Both the position numbers and the translations under genes were made by a program. A stretch of 63,274 nt of DNA, filler included, from Choristocarpus tenellus KU-1152 (Eukaryota > Protista > Phaeophyceae): the NCBI GenBank assembly GCA_964200185.2. It is 8 parts of 8 records of this genome, joined end to end, with 100 filler letters (N's around TTAATTAATTAA, not from the genome) between each part and the next. Parts side by side here need not be neighbours in the genome. Positions count along the whole stretch, not along the records: positions 49,299 to 56,319 come from CAXNAD020006842.1; positions 56,420 to 60,213 come from CAXNAD020017882.1; positions 60,314 to 63,274 come from CAXNAD020023346.1; 5 more parts are not named here. The stretch is one strand, 5' to 3'. The notes beneath the pieces were generated by a model, which was given only the letters and a program-made list of their open reading frames with translations, ran no database searches and was not told where the DNA came from. Shown piece after piece: positions 54,501 through 63,274 of this stretch. Numbering within the stretch: position 1 is the first letter of the stretch; the number at the start of each line of letters is the position of its first letter.

Positions 54501-54595
54501 GACAGACAGGAAGTTGATTGTGTGGGACCTTGATACAGGCGGGGCGATGTATGAGGTTGAGCTGCCGGCGCCAATACTTTGCTTGGGAACGGACG
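51540..54595 (+). CDS. WD40-repeat protein with a putative bipartite plastid-targeting presequence (model incomplete)
   Basis: Exons 52055-52257, 52457-52658, from 53562, and ~54405-54595: FKGHDGEVTALFFDGEFLLSGGADKTVR; LQGHSREVTGV...VVSSSTDRKLIVWDL. Putative start MKKLVAVVQMTVVFLNWRGEA-FVSP. The first exon end and 3' exons are unresolved. Confidence 0.75.
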
Positions 54596-56319
54596 GTGAG
54601 GGAAGATTGGAGGGTTGGGGGGTTGGGGGGGGGTGGGGAAGAAGGGACAGACCAGAGAGCAACAGAAGGGTGGGAGGTGTGGGAGGCTGGATAAGGGAGG
54701 GAGAAGGGCTTGGGGGGTATGTATTGTAAGGAAAGTATGGACTGGTTGTGTGGGGGAAATCAATTGTTACGGTGGAAGCTATATTCCAGGGTGTTTCATT
54801 GAGCCGGACTGTTATCAAGGCTGTGGAGAGGAGCATAAAAATACACGATGGCCTGGAAACAGAGTGTTCAGACCTTGGGAATATCTGAAGCTGGGCAGGC
54901 CCACGAAAGGGACTATTTGCAAGCCTCAGCTGCCTGAGACCGGCATACCTTCTTCACATTTTACCCGAGAACAGTTAGTCAAAGGGTGACATCTGACAAG
55001 CAACTATATTTTGCCGTTATGTCGTGAGAATCAATGAACGACGGGTCCATCCACGAGTAAAGGGGAGATTGGGTTGGGGGGGCATAAATCGTGTATACTT
55101 GCGTCCCGATTACATGTGGGTATGAACATGTTTAGAAAACAGTCTGTTAGCCAAGTCGAGGAAAGATTTTCGGTGTTGTTATCTTGTTCTAATGTTGCGG
55201 GGGTTTATCTCGGGACGAGGTTGGAAGCACCACATACTGAAACACTACTGCCTCTCTTTCTAAATTCTAGCTGTTTCGGTGCTGTGATCAATTGAGCTGC
55301 CTCCGTTCATGCCTTGCCTCTAGCATCCTTTGTTCTGCCGTCCCACCTCTCATTGCTCTAGCCCCCTCCCTTGAATCTCGTTGTGGTGAACCCACCCGAT
55401 TTGTCGTTGCTCAGCAATGAAACCTTGCTACCATGTCAGGGTTTCCCAATTTTTTTGTGTTGCAGTGACAGGTAGGATAGTACTGGTGCACTGTCTCTCC
55501 CCATGTGGACTTTGGGTGATGTTAGAGTTTACTTTCCATTCGAGGGAGTTGGTAGAGTCAATGAGGGGTGGAACGGATGGACCCAACACACAAGAAGCAA
55601 GGTGCACGCTGAGGTGCTTGGTTCTTTCGGCTTTGTTTGCCAGAGGTTGGTTACCCTTCGAAGTATGCTCCCAATAATTTCTTTGTCTGTGGTTTGATAG
55701 CGGGGTAGCGCAGGCGATAGATTGGCATTGCAGAGGGTCGATAACGAGCAAGTTCAAGGTCAGAGGAATGCAAATCGGAGGGTGGAAGGGAGTTGTCGCA
55801 TGTGTGGGAGGTGGCGGGCACATCTCCGTGCTAGGGTTTTGCCCGGGGTTTGCAAACCTTGAAGGGATGTGTCAGAACGTGATGGAATCGTGGTGGGTCG
55901 GCGGAGAGAGAGGCAGTATACTTTCTTTTTGCCTCCAGAGGAAAACAATCCATGCCTTTGAACAAGGAGAAATCCACCCCCCCTCCCGACATCCCACTCA
56001 CTCGTGAACAATACTGAGAGGGTGGGTGGGTGGGAAAGGTTGCTCAGAAGTTGCCTTGATCCTGCCCCGCCTTGTTCTTCTACCCCTGCCTTTGACTTTA
56101 ACCATTTATTCCGTCCCCTTTTCCAGAGCCCTCTTCCATCTGCTCACTCATTTTCTACTAAATTGTCGGATATCCACGCTGCTTTTGGGTCTTATATTTA
56201 CAGTCTTAAAAGCATTCAGTCATGGGTTTTATTTCCCTCTTGATGATCACGTACCTTTTCTGCTGGACACCCCCCCCCACCCCCCACCCCCCCCCCCACC
56301 CGATCTCTAAAACCAAAAA

Positions 56320-56419
56320 NNNNNNNNNNNNNNNNNNNNNNNNNNNNNNNNNNNNNNNNNNNNTTAATTAATTAANNNNNNNNNNNNNNNNNNNNNNNNN
56401 NNNNNNNNNNNNNNNNNNN
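56320..56419. other. Artificial contig-joining linker
   Basis: 44N-TTAATTAATTAA-44N. Confidence 0.97.
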
Positions 56420-56630
56420 CCCCCCACATGTTGCACGCTGGCTGGGCAGGTCTATTGTGTCCCTCTTTTGCATATGCGTGCTCAGTTTCTTGCTCACGTT
56501 TTTTTTACCTTACATCAATTACACCGATTGTCTGTTTCTTACTGTTGACACTCTGTGTACCTCAATATAGCTTAGATTGGTTGCAGGAGCCTTTGTTGTG
56601 CAGATAACGCTTTAGAGATGCCCCCATATG

Positions 56631-56631
<1 letters not shown>

Positions 56632-56669
<38 letters not shown>
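56632..56669. repeat. (CA)n microsatellite
   Basis: Direct inspection. Confidence 0.95.
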
Positions 56670-56672
<3 letters not shown>

Positions 56673-58469
56673 TCACTCCCATGTTTCTCAAGAAAATGGC
56701 AATCGCATTTAGTTCGTCGGATTGAGACTTGCCAATAATCTTTCAGACTTACGAGCTGGGAAGACCTTCACAGACTTTGTATGAAAGGACATCAGAAGGA
56801 TGGATGGGATAGGAGATAGTGGAGTTGTTGTGAAATGTGAATGACATGCTTAGGTGAAATAAGAAAGGTCATCACATTAGATAGATAAAACACCGGTGGC
56901 AAGGTTGAGGATAAGGGCACACAGTCACCAGTGTTATCATCTGGTGAAGATTTCTTCGTCACTCTTGAACCCATGAACCCGTGTAGCAATCCATCAGGCA
57001 GACCAGAGCAGCACACACAAGTCCTCATACAGTGCTGATAAAAACGTGCAAGGTGGAAGAACACCATGTGTGGTATTCGTTTGGTTGCTTCCGATTTTAT
57101 GTTCACCATGGATAAATCGCATGTGTTGATCTCAAAGGGTTGGGGAATCCGAAAAAGGTATTGAGTATCGCAAGAAGGAGATGATAATAATTATTTATTT
57201 TGTTGTTGAAGACGCAAAAGCGAGGAGGAAACTGGACCACTTCTCTTTCTGGAAAAAAAAATAATACTCCGAAGATTTGTCTCTCCTGGTGGTGGTATCT
57301 AATGACCGACCTACTATCCTTGTCCTCTGATGGGACACTGGTCTGAGTGTGTACTCAAGAGATGTCATTGCGTAATTTGCCGTTTTCCCCCTCATATCTA
57401 GTATTATCATACCTTTTTTTAATCAATACCTTGGTAAATTGAGACTATTATGTAAAAACGGGACTTGTCGCAAACTATTGCTCACTCACGTCTCTTAGGT
57501 AGCGGTAAATCCCTGATAGTCTACCTCGAGGACTTGCTGAAAAAAAAATGAAAAAACTACAAAACACACACACGCATGCACAACAAAGCTAATCCTGTTC
57601 ACCAGAACCCCCACCATGCCTAGCAGAGGACCCCCCCAGATGCCCTCGGATTGTGACACCCCGTACAAGACAAAAGGGGGCACACCCACTATCTATTACT
57701 AGTGACAAGCAGTCTGCATCGCGCTGACCCCTTTCCAGGCGAAACACTGCTTGCATAGCTCCTGTCTCCCACCCCTCCCCTTCTCGCCTGCCACTGCGCT
57801 TGAGATTTCTATTCCGAACGTCGGGGACTACCTGTGTGGGGATCAATTTAGTGCTGCAGCAGTACAGGGGCAGGGGATGTGAGATATCAGTTCAGTTGGT
57901 AGAGATTGGTGAGTGGGATTCGATTTGGAGTTGAGGGTGGGCGAGCTCTTCATTTTGCAGGGCAGCAAAGACTGATGATGTGGAACCACTGCTGCCCACC
58001 CTGCAAAGTTAGAGATGAGACTTTTTTAGTTCAAGCAGCGTATGTATGCATGTGTGCATGTATGTATGTGTTGTGTATTATGTATACACTCTGGAGTATT
58101 CGGGAGTGCTCCAGAGTACTTAGGATATTTGGTGTATGATGTACACGAGTCTTGATGTATAGGTAGTATATACTTGTACATAAACTTCAAAGAGAGTCTG
58201 TTCTTATTGGGAGGATGTCTTCTGTCAAGAAGACGCCTTCTATTCTTGAACTAAAGCAGATGATGGGAGAGGACATGTTCATGTCCTGAAGAATAGGCAA
58301 TAGTTATAGGTTAATAAACCAAGGTATGGAAGAGTACAGGAATAGGAAACACTGTGCTTAGAAGTAGCAAGTAATGATTAGTGAATAGTGATTGACAGCG
58401 TAGGATTGATTCGGTGGCAAGGACCCCCCCCCCTCGGACTTGAAGGTCTACTCCTCTTTTCTTCTTTCT

Positions 58470-59510
58470 CACTTCACCTACAACCTGTCCAACCCAATAA
58501 GGAATTTATCAGGTCATTTATATACGTAAGTCTTGGGAAACCTCAGCTTCTTTAACATCTTTGAGTATGTTTTTGCTTGGATCAAGAGTCAGTAAGATGT
58601 GACCGCTGAGCTGATAATGGAGCATGCAGCCTTGTTACCCTTGGCAAACACAACCAGTCACAACAACAATGGTATGGCAAAGGAGAGTTGGCCCAGGGGA
58701 CACACGGTGAGCCTCAAGGGTTGCTACACGGCAGGAATCAGGGATGAATTGGTCCAGCTGAACAGAGGCAAGATCTCTCTGCAAGGTTTATGGGATAAAC
58801 TCAAGATTGTGGTGGCATGGCGGAAGTAGACAGAGAGGAAAACTTCTTTACCACTACAATAGATGTTGACAGTGATGAACTGATGTTTGGGCTGCTCCAT
58901 CAAGTGAACCTTTTATTATAGGGTAGGATACCATATCGTTAGCCAAGCTATCAAAGCACTATGTGCAGAATCCCATGTAATAGAACTTATCTGTATGTTG
59001 TCAGACTCCATAAAAGGTCATCGTAACATTGACCCAAAAGGTTAATACTTGGACACTACCATAAAAAGATTGTCCCCCATGAATGCTCCAGGGGTTAAAT
59101 GTGTGTTTCCATTGTAAGTTTGCCCATTGCACCTCCAAGTACTGATACGTAATCTGTATGTTCCTCCATTTTCAGGTATAGATATCAGGTAAGGACTTAG
59201 GCTGGGATGGGCAGGCATTTTGCACTTGGACCAAGATCTTTGCCTCAGCAGACCTCTGTGTTAGTCCCATAGTGACCCAGTAGTGATTTCCATGAACTTA
59301 GAGTGAATGTGTCAGATGTAAAGGTAATTTCCTTCATCTGGGCACACTTTCCCTTTCCAATATCCTCGGAAGGGGCATATAACTAGGCAATTTTCCAACA
59401 CCCAATCAAGCCCCGAATGGAGGACCTGGGCTGAACATCTGCACCCCTCTAGGTTGCTATGGGTTGTTGATGAGCTACATTTTACATCCAGCAGTTGGCA
59501 TACACTTCCT
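58470..59510 (-). pseudogene. Heavily decayed transposase-like coding relic, possibly Sola2-like
   Basis: Ordered frameshifted fragments: TYQYLEVQ...HTFNP, ESDNIQ...HSAL, KVH/LDGAAQ, FIPDS...GCVCQ, PYWVGQVV. Confidence 0.3.
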
Positions 59511-59574
59511 TTTTTGGTCTGTGCACATCATAGAGGGCAAGTAAAGAGCCCTGTGTCTGATTGAATCACTATGA

Positions 59575-59829
59575 GAGTCAAAGTATCTTATTAGGGTTAG
59601 GGTAGAGCCGCGTCCGTTTGGGGGCCAAAATCCAATGATGCGATTTTGATATAATCTTGGCTATCGTGTTCGTTAGGAAGTGTCAAAATCCTTTTTTTTG
59701 CCGAACACACCTTCTCATAATGTATACATTTTACTTACTCTGAAACATTTCTGAGCATGAAAATGTCATTATTTTTTTTTTTAACGTGGGAAATCAAGCC
59801 CCAAACGGACAAAGAGTGCAAAACTCGTA
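59575..59829. mobile_element. MITE family A, right TIR truncated
   Basis: GAGTCAAAGTATCTTATTAGGGTTAGGGTAGAGCCGCGTCC...; collinear with the 47841 copy up to AAACTCGTA. Confidence 0.85.
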
Positions 59830-60213
59830 TTTGATAATATGGCGACTGCTCGAAACTGAGAATAGAGGGGTAATTTTCGATTGTTTTTCTTTTTTCTTTT
59901 TTCTTTTTTCTTCTTTCTTTTTTTTTTCACGCGAACGTGTGCTGTGCGTCATGCTCGCAGAGCTCAGCAACTAGCATGCCTCAGTTCGTGCAGCATATGT
60001 ATGTACATTTTGATTATAATCGAGTACATCAGAAATTTTTCGAGCTGATACAACATGCGCTCACAAAGGTCCTTTCAATTCACAACACTAATGCGCGTGG
60101 AGTACCACCCTCTCTACCGGACCCTGTACTTTGCCGTCATAGTAGGGTTAGCTGGTGACTAAGTCGTTGCTTGGGTTGTGAAAAGGAGTGACCCAAAGTA
60201 TCTGGGAGGGGGG

Positions 60214-60313
60214 NNNNNNNNNNNNNNNNNNNNNNNNNNNNNNNNNNNNNNNNNNNNTTAATTAATTAANNNNNNNNNNNNNNNNNNNNNNNNNNNNNNN
60301 NNNNNNNNNNNNN
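60214..60313. other. Artificial contig-joining linker
   Basis: 44N-TTAATTAATTAA-44N; preceded by a MITE-B terminus at 60190-60213. Confidence 0.97.
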
Positions 60314-60431
60314 GATTCTAACCCCAACCCCAACCAAAAAAGAGCCTAGCCTAGCCCACCCTAGCCTAATTTCATCCCCCCCCCCCCCCCCCCCCTCCCC
60401 CCAGGCCTCATATTCTTGTATCATATCATAC

Positions 60432-62387
60432 CTGATCAAGGCCCTTCCGATAGTTTTTGTATTTGCTGGGGTTGGGATTTCTCATGTAAGCAAAGCACTC
60501 AGGACTGAATGATGGTATGCCAGGGAATCGGACTGGCATGTTGCCAGTGAAGATGGTGTCCCCAATGGCAAAGTGTCCTGGATTATTAATGCCAATCACG
60601 TCTCCCGGGAAGGCTACCTGAGGGGATCCGAATCGTGCCATGAAATTAAAAAATGAAAAATGAAAAATGAAAAAAAAGATATATTTTTCTTGTGCTGATA
60701 GTGTAGTCACTATTCACTGATCCATTGTTGTTCTACCGGTATGTAGATTTAGGGTTAGGGTCAGCCAGGGCTGTGAGACGAGCAAAAAATGGAGAGAGAG
60801 AGAGAGAGAGAGAGAGCCAGTGCAAGATAAAAACTGTAAACTAGGTGTAAATGTACGCACACTGGTACACACAGTACATAGTTTTCTAAAGCACCATGCT
60901 GTCTGTATACCCCTCTTAGTTCCCACTGTACACATGTGTAATGGATCCAAGACAACAATTAAGAGAGGAGACAGGGTGACGGGCGAAGTTAGAGTGCTGA
61001 ACCCAACCCATGAGAATCAAGGCAGGAATGGAGGAAATACAGTACAGTAAAACTAGGTAGAGGAACAGCTTGTTGAAGTAGGATGTATTAGGAGTAGTGC
61101 AGTGGGTCGTCTTGCCTCTGACCACGGGCCGGTATTTTCCCCAGACTAAATTACAACAAATAATAAAAATAACAAATGGTAGGACAGATTTTTTTTTGTT
61201 GTTGCTAGAGTTGAGGTTTTGAGTGAATAGATACAGAACTCTGTGATGACAATAATAATAATAAATATACATTTTTTTAAATCTCCTAAAAAAAAAAAAC
61301 TGTCCCTGTCGGCAACGGTGGCCGGAGGGTTTCACACACACTTGAAAAAAATAAAAATAAATACCATCCCGATCATTCAAGGTGTAGAAAATGTCATCGC
61401 AATGATCTACGATCACACCAGGTACAGTAGGCTCATACTAATCTATCGTGTCATTCTCCCATCCCTTCTTCTGCCCCTGCACACACCTCAAAGATATCTA
61501 CACTATGATGTACATATGTGTTTGTGTGTGGATTGATCCAAAATCAAAGTATGGCAATATTAATATCATAGATGTATGATAGTATTGCACCCCCCCCCCT
61601 AGTCAACGCTCTTACCTGTACAGTTTCTCGCTCCTGTGCAAACAGGAGCTGGGCGTGTGCTAGAGTCACCTGTTTCCCCTTCATCCGACTGTGCTGGACC
61701 TTGGATATATATATTTTATTTTAAACAGTTGGTGTTATTATTATTATTATTATTTAATATTTGGAAATCGCTAGAGTACAACATTTTTTTTTCATGAAAA
61801 ACACGCCTTTCATGGCGAAAAAACATTTCAGAACAATACGACACTCCAGACCTCTATTTTTCAAAAATGACAGGATCAGGGAGAAACAACCCCACACACC
61901 ATTGTGTATCAGCACAAAAAAAAAAACAGACGATAAAAAAAATCTCAATCCTGAAAAAAAAAGAATCCATGTGTTACTCATTTATTTATTTAAAAAAAAC
62001 AGCACTAAGAAAAAGAAAACACGTAAGAGCTCTTCGAACAACAAACCCCGGCAGTTCCAGGGAGGAAGTTCAATGCGTTCCGCTTACTTCACTTACTTCA
62101 CTTACTTGATTACTACCAATACTACCACTACGTGCAACAATAGCACAGTGATCACTGTGATTCCTAGGATTAGGGTTAGGGTTGGCTACAATACGCTGTA
62201 CTCAATAACCCTTGCCATGTATCATGTATATAGATACTCCCCCCCATGTCACCTTCATGCCCTTTTCAAACCGCCCAGAAACCACCCGCACATACGCCAA
62301 GCGGTCTCGGTGACGGGGATCGAGGTTCGCCTGCAGCTTGAATACAAAACCTGTGAACTCAGGGTACTCCGCTTTTACACATCCATC
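60432..62387 (-). CDS. prfC: Bacterial-type peptide chain release factor 3 (organellar, probably plastid), three internal exons
   Basis: Phase-0 exons 62387-62253, 61699-61616, 60617-60432: [40 protein letters not shown]...[28 protein letters not shown]...GIPSFSPE.F...[13 protein letters not shown]. Confidence 0.95.
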
Positions 62388-63274
62388 CTGGCGCGAGAGC
62401 AAGGCAAGGGCCAGGTGAGTCGGTGTGGACGCAATCATGTGATGTGGATGCACTCGATAAAGGAATGGGAATCAAAGGGTAGCAGGGGCGTAGCAGGTAG
62501 TAGTGCATCAGCAAAGCATTACATTAACAGCATGACATTAACACACAAAACCTTCTGCCACTCTTACAGTGTGTCTGCTGCTTTGAAATGCTTTGAAATG
62601 TGCTTGTTGATGCGAAATAATTTCTTTTTCATTATTTAAAATTATACCGGATACAAACTAACCCTAACCCTAACCCTAAGTAATTCAGTCGAACTGTTGG
62701 CGCCTCTAGGCTACAAATTCCCCGGCTTGAACGGAGCCCCTCCGGAGGCGTGAGATTTTGTCTTGGGTCTCATAGGCAGGTACATCCAAGGCCATGAAAA
62801 AAATGTTCGTTGTGGGTAGCGACACCTTGTACCCAACCAATAAATGCACTTGGTTGTGTAGTTCTCTGACCTGTGAGATGTTCAGTCGTATGTGCCTGAT
62901 TGTATTGCAATTAACCCCCCCCCCCCAAACCAAATAATCTAACCTTTTTCCAATCAACTAAACCATCTCGGTTCACCAACGCAAAACTAGTGATTTTAAC
63001 CTTCACGGGTGCTGTAATGGGGGTGAAAACTATTCCTGCGGAAAGTGCTAAACATTAATATCCCAGAGTTTGTAGAGATTTTACAGGCGCTTTGAATATT
63101 ACATACACAAGTTACAGGTATGTCCAAGTGCTGCACACAAAAAAAATCCAACACATATGGGGGAGGGATGAGGGGCAACTCTGTTTCAAAAAAGGTACAC
63201 AGGAATAAGAATATAAAAGGTACACAAGTGAGGGGGACCGGGGGATGTACCCTGTAACCTCTACAAAGTAATGC

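Noticed and set aside
54206-54836. Pro-rich minus-strand ORFs (185 and 199 aa)
   Set aside because: Antisense shadows of a WD40 exon and a G-rich intron.
61761-62639. 292-aa plus-strand ORF
   Set aside because: Low-complexity A-rich intron sequence antisense to an RF3 exon; no recognisable domain.

Overview
Eukaryotic, intron-rich DNA, most likely from a photosynthetic stramenopile such as a brown alga or relative. This is inferred from a bipartite plastid-type presequence, an intron-containing bacterial-type RF3, TTAGGG runs and the gene style; the species cannot be determined. The window is not one locus. It is 8 unrelated contigs joined by 7 artificial 100-bp linkers (44N-TTAATTAATTAA-44N). 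Spliced genes reconstructed by hand: a CHAT (caspase-like) protease fused to a STAND-type P-loop NTPase, mitochondrial-type ribosomal protein L33, a 4EHP/nCBP-like eIF4E, a p24/TMED cargo receptor with a GC-AG intron, TGS1 carrying an SMN-like Tudor domain, an ERI1/ERI3-like exonuclease with a degenerate active site, a WD40 protein and a partial release factor 3. The rest is largely decayed transposable elements: Ty3/Gypsy pol, an LTR family with a tRNA-Gln PBS, MULE-, piggyBac- and Sola-like relics, and three related MITE families. The most notable items are the Tudor-TGS1 fusion, the CHAT-STAND NLR-like gene, a bacterial-IS-like transposase fragment inside the p24 intron, and the ERI pseudo-nuclease. 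All family assignments come from motif recognition by eye, not from database searches.
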